NCBI GenBank assembly: GCA_009914755.4
Contig: CP068257.2
Span: forward strand, 39,328,001 to 39,392,000
Length of the DNA stretch: 64,000 nucleotides
Direction of reading: 5' to 3'
Origin: the human T2T-CHM13v2.0 reference genome, Homo sapiens
Made by a program: the position numbers and the translations under genes. A model generated the notes under the pieces. That model worked only from the letters and a program-made list of their open reading frames with translations. It searched no databases and was not told where the DNA came from. Within the stretch, counting starts at the first letter, position 1. Every line of letters starts with the position of its first letter. This document shows, in pieces, positions 1 through 16,278 of this stretch.

Positions 1-539
1 CCTATCAAGATAGGAGGCAAGATACTGGGGGGAAGTACCTTCTCTTTTGTAAATTTTTTTCTCATTGTCCTGTTAAATTTCTTGCTCCCTTAATTTCCCC
101 ATTAAATTTTTATTGCTTTATTCTTTCTTATAGCAGTTTCCTCATATTAGGTGCCTCTCAATTTTTTTTGTCTATTATGACATGCTGTGTTTGAATGAAT
201 GGCTCTATTGTGACTCATTTCAGATTTGAGCATATCTATTCAAGGGCCAACCATGAATAAATCTATTTCATGTCTATTTAATTTACATATGGGATATTTT
301 ATCATTTCTTTGACAAATGGTTCTCAAAGTGGAATTGTGAGTGATATTTTGTAATGTTCTTTTCGATTATTTGAAATAATCCAGAGTTGTGGAAAACAAA
401 TAGCAAATGTACTATAGGGGTTTATGGTTACAGTGGTGTCCAAATTCTGTAACCACAAGGGTAAAGAGAATCAAATGAATTCCTTCCCTATTATTTTCTT
501 AAAATCAGATTCCTAGAGATCAAGTTCACTTATAACAAA

Positions 540-905
540 TGAACGTTGGTTGTTATTAGTTTGTCTGCACACTGCTATAAAGAACTACCTGAGACTGGGT
601 AATTTATAAAGGAAAGAAGTTTAATTGACTCACAGTTCCGCATGGCTGGGGAAGCCTCAGGAAACTTACAATCATGGTGGAAGGTGAAGGGGAAGCAGAC
701 ACCTTCTTCACAAGGCAGCAGGAAACAGAGGGAGCACAGGGGAAACTGTCACTTTTAAAACCATCAGATCTCATGAGAACTCCCTCACTGTCATGAGAAC
801 AGCATGGGGGAGTCCGCCCCTGTGATCCAATCACCTCCCACCAGGCTTCCCCGTCGATGAGATTTGGTTGGGATCACAGAGGCAGACCATTCCACCAGTG
901 TTCTG
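540..905 (-). mobile_element. MaLR (THE1/MST-type) solitary LTR, reverse orientation
   Basis: Begins ...cacactgctataaagaactacctgagactgggtaatttataaa, the reverse complement of the THE1/MST LTR 3' end. Internal ...gggggagtccgcccctgtgatccaatcacctcccacc... matches the LTR core. Same family and orientation as the copy at 13722-14075. Confidence 0.6.
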
Positions 906-1562
906 GTTTTACTCATTGATATATGAATTAAAATGCTACAAAAGAAAAGGAAACATTCTAAATGAGAAACTCAAAAATCATAATTTTACAAGATAATAGC
1001 ACGTTAGGATGAGGGATCTGCGAAAGAACCCCTGTGGCAGTTCCAGAGGACTGTGAGGTTCTTTGGTGTTCCTTGGTTGGAAGGAGGCTTTTATTCTAAC
1101 ATAAGCACTTCCAGTGGGGACCAAAAGGAACAGAGTGAGGATGAAATAACAGGGGGCATTTTGGACTCCCCAAATTCTACTGGCAGGAAGCAGGTTGATA
1201 AAACTCTTCAACTGAAAAGGGGATGATGACTCAGGGCAAAACTGAGAGCCCAGAGGGCAGAGCTGAGAGCCTTGGGGGACCCATCCCAGGCCTTGGAGCC
1301 TAATACAGTTTGCCTGGATGGACTTCAAACTTGCTTTGGGCTGGTGACTTCTTTTTACTTTCCATTTTCTGCCACTTCCAGTGGAAATGTCTATAGCTGT
1401 TAAGCTATGCCTGTTCTTTCACTATATATTGGGGGCAGGTACCTTCTCTTTTTAGTGTCACGGATCCATGGAGGGGGAATAATTGTGCCCAAGACCTGGA
1501 CTTAATGGTTTACACATCTGTACCTGATTTAGATGACAGGATTTGGTGTGCTTAAAAAAACA

Positions 1563-1812
1563 TTTTTTTTGAGACAGGGTCTTACTGTGTTGCCCAGGCT
1601 GGAGTGTAGTGACATGGTCATGGCTCACTGCAGCATCAACCTGCTGAGCTCAAATAGTCCTCCCATCTCAGCCTCCCGAATAGCTAGGACTACACGTGTG
1701 TGCCACCATGTCTGGCTAATTTTTCTACTTTTGTTGACCTGTCTTCATGGGATTCTCCTGCCTTGGCCTCTCAAAGTTCTGGGATTACGTACATGAGCCA
1801 CCATACCTGGCC
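1563..1812 (-). mobile_element. Alu SINE (older, diverged; reverse orientation)
   Basis: Poly-T then gagacagggtcttactgtgttgcccaggctggagtg...ggctcactgcag...cctcagcctcccgaatagctagga...ctgggattacg...agccaccatacctggcc: reverse complement of the Alu consensus. The middle section is diverged or deleted. Confidence 0.85.
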
Positions 1813-4799
1813 TCTGATTTGGTATACTTTTGAACTGATGAAATTTTGCACTCTGAGTTGATGCTGTAATGGGATGAGGTATGTTTTGAGGATGTTAGGA
1901 AGTATGAGAGATGGACCTGGATCACATAGACCTGAGGGAAGACTGTGGGAGACAGAATATTGGCCCCAATCACTTAGACCACTGGTGTTATGCCCAGGAA
2001 TGTTACATTCCATGGCAAAGGAGACCTTTCAGATGTAATTAAGATTACTAATAAATGACCTTAAGATGGAAGGATTATACTGGATTATCCTGGTGGCCTC
2101 AATGTGTTCACCAGAGCCCTCAAAAGTAACAGAAGAGGAAAGCAAAAGAGAAAGTCAGATTTGAAGTGTGAGAAGTACCTGATGGCCATTGCTAACTTTG
2201 ACGGTGGGGAGGGCATGAGCCAAAGAATGTAGAGGCTTCCAGAGAGTGAGAGTGACCCTGGCCAATGGTCAGAAGGAAAACAGGGACTTCCATCCTATGG
2301 CCGCATGGAACTAAACTCTTCTAACACCTGAGTGAACCTGGAGGGAAATTCTTCCCTACAGCCTCCAAATAAGAGCCCAGGCTGGACAGTATCTTGATTT
2401 TGGCCTTGTGAGGCCCCGAGCAGAGAGTCCAGCCATGCCATGCTGGGCTTGGGAATCTACTGATATACAGAACCGGGAGATAATAAATTTATGCAGTAAG
2501 TGATTAAGTCGGTGGTAATTTGTTACAGCAGCAATAGAAAACTAAAATACCGTCTCAGCCATCGTGAAGGAAAAGGCCCTTCTCACTGGCCAAGACAATT
2601 CCATTGCTGACCCACCGAGAGCAGGAAGAGTAGCTTATAAAGACCCGTTTGCACAAGTTGTAACCCTTGTAATACAGTCATCATGCAGTGCAAAGTATCC
2701 CCACCTCCTTAGTTTAAAATATATGCACTCTCAATGACATTTGAGCTCATGCTCGACATTTCCCCTCTAGCATTCACTGTTGGGTAAAAAATTTCACTTG
2801 AAATAAGAATAAAGCTCTAGATTTTTATTCAAATTATTTTCCCAAGCAAACTATAAGCCTGGGGCTTTCTCCCAGCCTGGGGTCAACATGGCTCAGTGGA
2901 AATTGGGATGAGGGAAGAGGGAAATTGACATGGGGTAGGGCTTGGGAGACCTACGACCATGGTCAAACAGGATGGAACAGCTGGATTTAAGTTGACACTA
3001 AGAGGTAGAGCCAGAAGCCATTCCCTGGGGCAGTAATATGTGGCGGTACTGTTGTGCAATATTTATGATCATTACAACCTTGTTACCCGCCCTTGCTAGC
3101 CCCCACCCTTGCTCCATTTCACTTTATAGCACTTACTAATTTCTAATTCTCCAGAGTGTAAATGCCACAAAGACAGAGAGTTCTGTGTGTTTTATCCATT
3201 GCTGTTTATAACCAGCCTCTACAGTAGGATATACAGCCAGTCCTTCATAAAATATTCATTAAAAAGAAAAGATGAATGATCACATTTGAAGTTCAAAAAG
3301 ACTGGAGGGAGGAAGATAGATTTGAGGGGCTACTTAGGGGTCTGGCATTTGGTAGATGGTCATAATTAGACTGAGGTAGAGGAGATGGGTATGGTTGAGA
3401 GGTATGCAGGATTAACAGCAACAGGTCTTGGTAGTAAATGTGGTGGGCTGGTGAGCCATGGTGTCACGGTAAAATTTTAAAAACTATCAAAAACTGAAGG
3501 TATGTGTGTGACATCTGTCTCCATATATTATACATACAGTTTATTGTGAACTTTACTCTTATAAATGACTGCAGCACACAATTTTCAAATAATAATAACA
3601 AAAGTAGTATTCTTTATTATAAATTTCACATAGCAAATTGATTTTCACTACTCTAATGTTCTAATTCATGTTGGCAGAATTCATATCTATAGAGACCCGA
3701 TGTTACAACTAATGAAGTTTAGTTCTGACATGAATACTAGTTGATATTTTTGTTTGTATTAAGAAGGGAGGCAAAAGTGAAATCTGAAGACCCACGTCAG
3801 AACTTCACTTATTGGTCAATGACAGGATCTATTTTGCTGCTGAATGGGTTAATAATTTTTGAATTATAGAAGTCCATTTCCTCAACTTTTTGTGCTGTTC
3901 TCATCATAATGCCTAAAGACATGACACACTTACAAGTTTAATCTACATTTTTAACATTTTCTCCAATTTTTTCTTAAGTCGAGACAAGTAACAAAGCAAT
4001 AAATAAAGCTCTGGTTGGTAACATTTGCCAATTTTCATGGTGAATATACTTCCTCCATGGTAAATTTCAAACTATCGATGCAAGGTCACTGAGGGCAGAG
4101 AAGGGAAGAGATGCATAGCAGCACTGTTAGGATCTCTACATATGAACACCATAGATATGAATAATCTCAAATGCATAGATGATAGGAAAATGTAATAAAA
4201 TAATTAGGAAGTGATGTTTCTTCATATATATTATCTTTGCTTTAGTATAATTGACTTAATTGTAAGTTAATAACATTTAACTTTTAATAATTAAATTTGT
4301 ATAATTTGTTATTTAACAATAAGCCACAAAATTCCAGAAGGTGTAACAATCAGCTATCATGAGCCAATACTAGCCAGCTCCAGCTCATGACTATCACAGA
4401 AAGGGAGGTTCTAAGAAAGATGCCAGAAGCTTGGCTTGCATAACTGTAAAGAGGCTTCTACCATTTTGAAAGGTAACAGTGGAGAACCATATCAGCATGG
4501 GGTGGGGTGGGGGGCATTGGGATCATGGATTTAGGATCAGACATGTCAAGTCTGACATGTCAACAAAACTTCCAAGTGGAGAAGCCCAGTTCGCAATTGG
4601 ATATATGAGTCTGGAGCTCAGAGGAAAGACCATAGGTGGAGAAATAGAGTAATGAGTCATCAGTTTACATGTGGTAAATGAAGCTGTGGGCATGGGAGAC
4701 AGTTCCTAGGGAAAGAGAACACAGTAAAATAAGAAAAGCTTGGTCCAGGCCTTTAGAAACTACGGTTAATGGCCAGCTAAAGACAAGACTACAAATGAA

Positions 4800-7577
<2,778 letters not shown>

Positions 7578-7672
7578 CAAAGCCCCATGACACAACTTTA
7601 TGGGTATAACAAACCTGCATATTCTGCATGTGTACCCCTGAACTTAAAATGAAAGTTAACAACAACAAAAAA
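7578..7672 (+). mobile_element. Continuation of the older L1 3' UTR after the nested insertion (starts with the 3' TSD copy caaagccccatg)
   Basis: caaagccccatgacacaactttatgggtataacaaacctgcatattctgcatgtgtacccctgaacttaaaatgaaagtt... is an L1 3'-UTR terminus, followed by an A-rich tail. Confidence 0.7.
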
Positions 7673-8557
7673 AGAGGAACCCTGAAATAATGTGGTGCTA
7701 CGGAGCCAAGAACAGACACTGCCACAAGAAGAAATCAACAGTATTGAACAATACCAAGAGGTTTAAGTAGGATGGAAACTTGAGGTTATCGATGACATTA
7801 ATAAGAACATTTCAGTGCAGTGTTGGGTTGAATTCAGATCACAGAGAACTGATGACTAAACAGAAAGTGAGACAATACAGACAGAAAATATGATTTTCTT
7901 TTCTTTCCCAGAGGTTAACTATAAAAGGGCGAAAGATATAGACTCAGGTGTGGAGTAATGTAGGGTTGAGGGAAGGCGTTTCTTTTATGGGAAATAAAAA
8001 TTCCATTCAAGTCCAAAAGCCAAGGGGTAGTGATAAAGGAGCTGAAAAGAAATTGTGTAGGCAGTTTAAGGGTAAATGAGGTCTCGGTGAAATTTCCTTT
8101 TAATAAAAAGCAGCCCCAAAATCATTTCTTTTCTAACAAGAAGCACCCTGAAAAATCAAGCTGCAAGCAAAGATAAGCAAGCTGGAGACTTGCATAGATG
8201 AATGTTGGCAGCTCTGCCAATATTAAAGGGATACCTGGAAGTCAGGTAGGTGTATTCAACATGGAGATTCCCTCTTGCCTTTTTCTTTGTCGCCAAGTGT
8301 GCAGGTAAAGTGGCACCAGCTAGGTAAAGACTCCTTTGCATAATAAAAGATTAGGGTGGGTTGGCCAGCCTCTTCCCAGGCTATGTAAATGGCACACCTG
8401 ATCCAACCACTCCTCTAGATCCTGTGTAAATGAGACACTGCTTCCCCAAGCTCATCTATAAAATCAACTGCATCTCGCCCCAAACCCAAAAACCTGCTCA
8501 GGCTCTCTTCCTCTGAAAAGGAAGCTCTCTCTTCTTTCTTTCGCCTATTAAACTTCT

Positions 8558-8877
<320 letters not shown>

Positions 8878-11829
8878 TAAACTTCTACTCTTAAATAAAC
8901 TCCTTGTGTGTCCACATCTTCAATTTCCTTAGCATGAGACAACGAACCTCAAGTATTTCTCTAGACAAACAACACCACTTCAGTAGGACCAGTTGCAAGA
9001 CGCAAGATCCATTGGAGAATGAAAATAAGTGACGGTATCATGAGAACCTGGGAGGAATTTGGGAGCCAAGGCACAGGGAAGCACTTGGCCTTAAATAAGA
9101 GGAAGGGACTCACTGTAACTCAGAAGCTGAGAAGAAGGGATGTAGATAGGTTTGTATGTGTAATTTCACAAATAAAATAGAATATCTATTTGATTATTTT
9201 TTTCCTATAAAATAGGAGCTAGATCATCTCCTGAGAGGGTACAGGGAGATTTTTGAGACACTTGAGGAGGGTGGGTATCACCTTAAATTATTTCAAGTTA
9301 TTAATTAGATTTGGCTACTTAGTAATAGAACCAATGTTTTCTTCCTTTGAAAATTGTGTTAACCAGCAACACATTTTAACCAAGAATAGTTTATTTAAGA
9401 AACGCAAAGTAGGTTTTCAAAATTAGAAAATCTGTAAATGTAATTCACAACATTAATTAATCAAAAAATTTAAAAAGAATGATTATCTTCACATATGCTG
9501 CAAAAACATTAATAACAATGAGAACAATCTCCAATAACACAGGATTAGGTAGCTACTTCCTTAACATGATAAAATGTATCCTTCTTAACCCATAAACCAA
9601 GCATTCTAATCAAAAGTCAAGAACAAAGTATCTACATTTTGAACTTACAGTTCCACTTCTGGGGATTTATCCTACAGCCTTGCATGACAATATGCTCTAT
9701 TTTATCAATCTTTAAGATGTGTTTTGGATATTGGGATGAGTAATGGATGTGACATGATTTAATTGGTGGCATTTTTTTTTTCCTTTTTAGTGACCCATAA
9801 AATAAAAGTGTATTATTAAGGCATCTTAGATTATATAAGATCAGTTTGTAGAAGATTTTTTATTATGGTAAATTTCTGATAAGACTGGAAGCAAAGAAGC
9901 AAAGCATGCATCAATGTGTATAGTTGTTATCATTCATGCAAAAAATAATCAATGTTAGTAGTCCATATTAGATACCTACATTATATCTATGTTAATGAAT
10001 GGATATATTATGTGTCTGTACTGATATGCACCCACACATATACCTATTTGCTAATATATGTGTATAATAGCTCTGCCAGGATTGTGGTAACTTTGGTTGC
10101 CTCTAAAGAAGGGAGGTGATGGCTGGAAGAGAGAACTGGAGGAAAATTTTACATTCCCTTTGTATTTGTATAAACACTGTGCCTTGTGAATATATCATCT
10201 AAAATAAAATACAATTGAAAACCAAAAAAAAGAGAAAAAATCAGCTGTAGACATTGTAAATCTCTGCTTTGTGTAGGCTTCACAATTATGCTTACCTTTT
10301 GATAGAATATATACAGATTTTAGCCCCTGGGCCTGGGGAATAAGAAGGAAGTTTCTTTATTCTGAGTCTAGATATGCCAGGAAATCTTCCACTTGATGAC
10401 TAAATGTTTTCTCCATACGCTCTGTGATATATTTAGTATCATGAAAACTCTTTAAAAGAATGATTTGGGGTGACTGGACTAACATGCCTTAGAAATGAAT
10501 GCCACTCTTCAAATTCTCAAAAAATCTTTATTTTCTGATTACAAAAGCAATTCTTTTTCAGGAAAAACAAAGAAACATTATAGAAGAAATTGCTATAATA
10601 AAAAAAAAATGGAAATACATTTTAGCCAAAGTGGGAGTTAGGGATGTATTCAGGTTCAGGTATGCCTCTTCCAAGGAGCTTTTGGCATTTTAAAGAACAG
10701 TGATGTTGATAAAGTCATCTTGACCCAGCTAATGTCAAATGGTGGCATCAAAATTTGTGTCAAAATGTCTCACAAATCAAAAACCTGCATTAAACTATCC
10801 TGCCTCCTATGCATATGGCGTGCCATGACTGGTTCCACACAAGAGGGCCAGGTCTCTGCAATTCCTTGAGGCCATCCCTATATCCTCATCACTGAGCTCA
10901 GTACCCGGCACAGGGAGGTGATCAGGAAGTGCTTATTGAATGTGTGAAGAGGTGGCATGGGGTGGTGGAAATCCTACCAGCCTAGTCATCAGGTACCCTT
11001 CAGTCCCAAAGCTCAAAGCCTGCAAGTTGTAGTCTTGAGTAAGTCACCGAATGCCTCTGAGCCTTGGTCTGTTATCCATAATGGGGGTATAATGACACTC
11101 TTCTCGTTGTAACAAAAAAAAATTTAATCTACTCAAAAGGGATAACACAGCTCTAGGCACACTGTGTGTTTGTAACGATGATGTGCCGAAAATTGGGCAC
11201 ACTGAGTGTTTGTAATGATGATGACTACTCTAGGGAAGGAATGTAGGCTGAAGGAGTAAAGTCATTGTGCGCAGTTACACTGGGGCTGGTAGGGGTGATG
11301 ATGGCTGTTTTATTAGGGAATGGGGGCCCTTGGGCAAGGCTCTATCCAGTCACCTCTGCAAATATGCTCAGTCCATTGCAAAGAGAGACACTGTTAAATA
11401 AAATAAAAATATGTATTCTTTGAGTATCTGTTTAAAACTAGGAGGACATTCATATACCTTGTCTGCCAAAGGCCACTGGAGAAACCATATCTGAAGGATT
11501 GGTATGACAACAAGCTCTCAGATGCCAGTTTCACCCAACCCTTCAACCTGCAGTCCTGTGATCCTCCTGCAGGATCCTGGTCAAAGGCCCTTCTCATCCC
11601 CACAACATCTTATCTCTCTTGCATCATCTTCCCCCAGGTTCTCAGGAAACAACCTCACCTTTTATTTCACAAAGAAATCAGAAATAGCCTTATGGAGATA
11701 AAATCCACATACCATATGATTCATCCATTGCAAGCATATAATTCAATAGTTTTAGATATTCACAGAATTGTGCAACTATCACTTCATTTTTAGAATATTT
11801 TCATCACCCTAAAAATGAACTCTTATAAA

Positions 11830-12240
11830 CTAAGTATTTGCAGCCCTCCAAAATTCATATGTTGAAGCCCTAAACTCCAATGAGATGGTATTAGGAGATA
11901 GGGCCTTTGGGGGGTAATTAGGGTTAATGAGATCAGGGAGTGGGGCCTTCATGATGGGATTAGTGCCCTTATAAGAAGAGACACCAGAGAGTTTGCTCTC
12001 CCTCGTTCTCTCTCTCTGCATGGGGGACACAGTAAGAAGGCAACCATCCGCAAGCCAGGAAAAGAGCCCTCACCAGGAACCAAACTGGCTAGAACTTTGG
12101 CCTGGGCATTGGACTTCCAATCCTCCAGAGCTGTGAGAAATAAATTTATGTTGTTTAAGCCACCCAGTCTATGGTATTTTATTATAGAAGCCCAAGCAAC
12201 TAAGACAGACCCCATGAAAAACTTACTCCCCATTCACCCC
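11830..12240 (+). mobile_element. Interspersed repeat, LTR-like, family uncertain; ends ...gagaaataaatttatgttgtttaagccacccagtctatggtattttattatagaagcc
   Basis: Long similarity to a very common human repeat consensus (...tggtattaggag.tagggcctttgggg..attagg..atgag...gtgcccttataagaagagacaccagagag...tgtgagaaataaat.tatgttgtttaagccacccagtctatggtatttt.ttatag.agcc). An oppositely oriented copy of the same family lies at 58340-58780. I cannot name the family with confidence. Confidence 0.45.
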
Positions 12241-13721
12241 TTAGCTTCCATTCCCAGCCCCAGGTAACCACTAATCTACTCTATGTCTCTATAGATTTTC
12301 CTATTCTGGACACTTCATATACATTAATTCAGACAATATGAAAACACTCTGCTGAGTAAAAGCAGACAGTTACAAAGGACTGACCACATATTGTCTGATT
12401 TCATATATGGATGTATGTTTTTATTTTTCTTGGGCATACATCTAGGAGTGGAATTGTTGTGTTATAACTGTATGTTTAGCCATATGCTAAATGTACCAGG
12501 CTAAATGCACCACTTTACATTCCCAACATCAGTGTATATGTGTTCCAATTTCTTCGCATCCCCACCAACACTTGTTACTGTCTGTATTTTGTGTTTTGCC
12601 ATGCTAGTTGGAGAGAGGTGTTAGGTTGTGGTTCTGTTCTACATGACTTGCCTTCTGGAACACACTTATCTCCTGATTTATAATTCTACTGTCTTACTGT
12701 CTACCAGGTCCTTCTGTTATCAAGCAAAGAGGATGCTTTGGTTAGAAACACTCTAGTCAGGTAAGAATGGCATGCAAAAAGCTGTACATATTTAATGTAT
12801 ACCATTTGGTGAGTCTGGAGATAAGTATGACCTGTAAACCATCACCACAATGTAAATGATAAACCTATACATCACCTCTAAAATTTTTCTTCTACTTGCT
12901 TTATTTATTATTATAAGCGTACCTTGTTTTATTGCACTTCACTTTACTGCACTTTTCAGATATTGAGTTTTTTACAAATTAAAGATTTTTGGCAAACTTG
13001 CACCCAGCAAGTCTATTGACATCATTTTCCCAACAGCATGCACTTACGTCAGGTCTCTGTGCCGTATTTTAGCAAGCCTCAAAATACTTCAAACTTTTTC
13101 ATTATTTTTATATCTGTTATGATGATCTGTGGTCAGTGATCTTTGATGTTACTCCTGTAATTGTTTTGGGGAGTCACAAACCACATCTATACAAAACACG
13201 GTGAACTTAAGCCATAAATGGGGTGTGCATTCTGACTGCTCCCCTGACTGGCTGCCTGTCTCTCTTCCTCTCCTCAGGCTTTCCTATCCCCTGAGACACA
13301 ACAATATTGAAATTAGGCAAATTAATAAACACTTGCATTGCCCATCTGTAAAAATAACTCCTCATCTGATAACTCAAGTGGTTTCTTGAGAAGGGAGCTA
13401 CTCCTGGTTAGACGCTGTGAACATTGTTGAAATAACAACAAAGGAGTATTATATAAACTTAGTTGATAGAGCTGTGGCAGGGTTTAAGAGAGCTGACTCC
13501 AAATTTGCAAGAAGTTCTACTGTGGGTCCAACGCTAGCAAACAGTATTGCGTGCTACAGAGAAATCTTTCATGAAAGGAAGAGTCCATTGATGTGGCAAA
13601 CTTCACTGTTGTCCTATTGCCATAACAACCCCAGCCTTCAACAATCATTACCCTAACTGGTCAGCAGCCATCAGCATCAAAGGAGGACATTCCACCAGAA
13701 AAAAAAAAAATATGACCTGCT

Positions 13722-14075
13722 GTATTAGTCCATTTTCACACTGCTATAAAAATACTTCCTGAGACTGGGTAATTTATAAATAAAAGAGGTTTAATTGACT
13801 CAGTTTCACATGGCTGGGAGGCCTCAGGAAACTTAAGAATTACGGTAGAAGGGGAAGAAGCCACCTTCTTCACAAGGTGGCAGGAGAGAGAAGTGCAGGG
13901 GAAACTGACACTTATAAAACCATCAGATCTCAAGAGAACTAACTCACTATTATGAGAACAGCATGGAGAAGAACCACCCCCATGATTCAATCACCTCCCT
14001 TGACATATGGGGATTACAATCCGAGATGAGATTTGGGTGGGGACACAGAAATAAACCATATCATGTGCTGAAGGC
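13722..14075 (-). mobile_element. MaLR (THE1/MST-type) solitary LTR, reverse orientation
   Basis: ctgtattagtccattttcacactgctataaaaatacttcctgagactgggtaatttataaa...ggaaacttaa...ccacccccatgattcaatcacctccc...ggggattacaatccgagatgagatttgggtggggacacaga..aaaccatatca. This is the reverse complement of TGATATGGTTTGG...ACCCAAATCTCA...TTTATAAATTACCCAGTCTCAGG...TAGCAGTGTGA.AA.GGACTAATACAG. Confidence 0.7.
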
Positions 14076-15225
14076 TCAGATGATCACTAGCATTTTTTAG
14101 CAATAAAATACTTTTAGTTAAGGTTTCTACATTATTTTTTAGACATAATGATATTGCACACTTAAGAGGCTACAGTGTGGGATGAACATAACTTTTGTAT
14201 GCACTGGGAAACCAATACATGTGTATGACTTGCTTTACTACAATATTCGCTTTATTGTGGTGGTCTGAACTGAACCTACAATATTTTCATGATACACCTG
14301 TATTTTGTGATAAGAGCACTTAGCATGAGACTTTGAACAACGTGCATCTTTGATCCCTAGATCTCAACCCTCACACGCCCTCTAGGACTTCCTTTCCATT
14401 ACTCTTGATCCTTCTCATCTGTATCATCTACCATGGAAATATTCCTTTTCACTGGTCCTTCCTCCACAAACATATCCAATGTAGCAGAGATTCTGAGGCA
14501 AACGCTGGAAGAATTCTAGTCCTGCTTCTCTACTTTTGAGTTGCAGGCCTTGTGCTTTGTTTTTTTATTATCCATATTAATTATACCTACCTCATAACAC
14601 TGCTGTGGGGATGATACAAATCAATGCATCTAATGCCTGGCATATAATAAGTGCTGAGTGTTTGCTATTATGTCATTATCTTTCAAATTGCATTCATAAT
14701 TTGAATAAGTAATATGTGCAAATGGTACAGAAATTTAGATAAAATGTTCTGCAGTTGGATGTAAGTTTCTCTCCAATCACCTTTTCACAACTTTACCTGA
14801 GAGGTGAGCACTGTTACCCACTGCTTGAGGATTCCCCCAGAAATGGATATTCTATACTTACCTGAGAAGACCGTGGAAGTGAAAATTCCTACACATAGTA
14901 GCCTCCTAAGCACAGCACCCTTTCTCTTGATTTTTTTTTTCACTGAATATCTATTTTGGAGCTGTTTCAATGTTAGTGCCAAAGACTTATCTCATCCCTC
15001 TCAACACCTGCTACTAACTGAATGTGTCATAATGGATTTAAACATTTCCTAATATAAGTACTTAAAAATTTTTTTCTACTAGTTTTTTTTTTTAATCCTG
15101 CAAGGCCTTGTCCATACATAAATTTTACATGTGTGAATATACCTGTACATTAAAGACTAGAAGAGAAATTTCCAAGTCAAAGGACAGTTGCACTTTAATT
15201 TTATAATGGTTGTAAATATGATATT

Positions 15226-15678
15226 TGTCAGGCCTCTGAGCCCATGTCAAGCCATCGCATCCCCTGTGACTTGCACGTATACGCCCAGATGGCCTGAAGT
15301 AACTGAAGAATCACAAAAGAAGTGAATATGCCCTGCCCCACCTTAACTGATGACATTCCACCACAACAGAAGTGTAAATGGCCGGTCCTTGACTTAACTG
15401 ATGACATTACCTTGTGAAAGTCCTTTTCCTGGCTCATCCTGGCTCAAAAAGCACCCCCACCGAGCACCTTGCGACCCCCACTCCTGCCCGCCAGAGAACA
15501 AACCCCCTTTGACTGTAATTTTCCTTTACCTACCCAAATCCTATAAAACGGCGCCACCCTTATCTCCCTTCGCTGACTCTCTTTTCGGACTCAGCCCGCC
15601 TGCACCCAGGTGAAATACACAGCCATGTTGCTCACACAAAGCCTGTTTGGTGGTCTCTTCACACGCACGGGCATGAAA
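15226..15678 (+). mobile_element. HERV-H 5' LTR (LTR7-type)
   Basis: TGTCAGGCCTCTGAGCCCA..GCCATCGCATCCCCTGTGACTTGCACGTATA.GCCCAG.TGGCCTGAAGTAACTGAAGAATCACAAAAGAAGTGAA.ATGCCCTGCCCC.CCTTAACTGATGACATTCCACCACAA.AGAAGTGTAAATGGCCGGTCCTTG.CTTAA.TGATGACATTACCTTGTGAAAGTCC...CCTATAAAACGGC.CCACCC... This is the hallmark LTR7 sequence. About 97% identical to the 3' LTR. Confidence 0.92.
15542..15548 (+). promoter_or_regulatory. LTR7 TATA-like box (tataaaa) in the U3 region of the 5' LTR
   Basis: ccaaatcctataaaacggcgccaccc, upstream of the R region. The same motif is at 21021-21027 in the 3' LTR. Confidence 0.5.
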
Positions 15679-15680
15679 TT

Positions 15681-15698
15681 TGGTGCCGTGACTCAGAT
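15681..15698 (+). promoter_or_regulatory. Primer binding site complementary to the 3' end of tRNA-His (tggtgccgtgactcagat)
   Basis: The reverse complement of the tRNA-His 3' terminus ATCCGAGTCACGGCACCA is TGGTGCCGTGACTCGGAT. The window has a single G>A difference, at a CpG. Placement 2 nt after the LTR end is canonical. Confidence 0.85.
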
Positions 15699-16278
15699 TG
15701 GGGGACCTCCCTTGGGAGATCAACCCCCTGTACTCCTGTTCTTTGCTCCCTGAGAAAGATCTACCTATGACCTCAGGTCCTCAGACCAACCAGCCCAAGG
15801 AACATCTCACCAATTTTAAATCAGGTAAGTGGCCTCTTCTTACTCTCTTCTCCAACCTCTCTCACTGTCCCTCAACCACTTTCTCCTTTCCACTCTTCAA
15901 TCTCTCCCTTCTCTTAATTTCAATTCCTTTCATTTTCTGGGAGAGACAAAGGAGACATGTTTTATCTGTGGACCCAAAACTCCGGCACCGGTCACGCACT
16001 GGGAAGGCAGCCTTCCCTTGGTGTTTATTCATTGCAGGGATGCCTCTCTGATTATACACCCACATTTCAAGGGTGTCAGACCACGCAGGGACGCCTGCCT
16101 TGGTCCTTCACCTTTAGCGGCAAGTCCTGCTTTTCTGGGGAAGGGACAAGTACCCCAACCCCTTCTCTCCTTGTCTCTACCCCTTCTCTGCTTTTCTGGG
16201 AGAGGGGCAGTACCCCTCAACCCCTTCTCCTTCACCCTTAGTGGCAAGTCCCGCTTTTCTATGGGGCAAGAATCCCCA

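Noticed and set aside
8150-8545. Segment with tataaaa/aataaa-like motifs (ctcatctataaaatcaactgc...cctattaaacttct) resembling an LTR terminus
   Set aside because: I cannot match it to a family, and such motifs occur by chance in AT-rich DNA. It is left unannotated rather than called an LTR.
15228-15613. Paired ORFs 15228..15437 (-) / 15401..15613 (+) and their near-identical twins 20707..20916 / 20880..21173
   Set aside because: The duplication is because they lie in the two LTR7 copies of one HERV-H provirus. LTR U3/R sequence is non-coding, and the ORFs are short (69-97 aa) and without homology.
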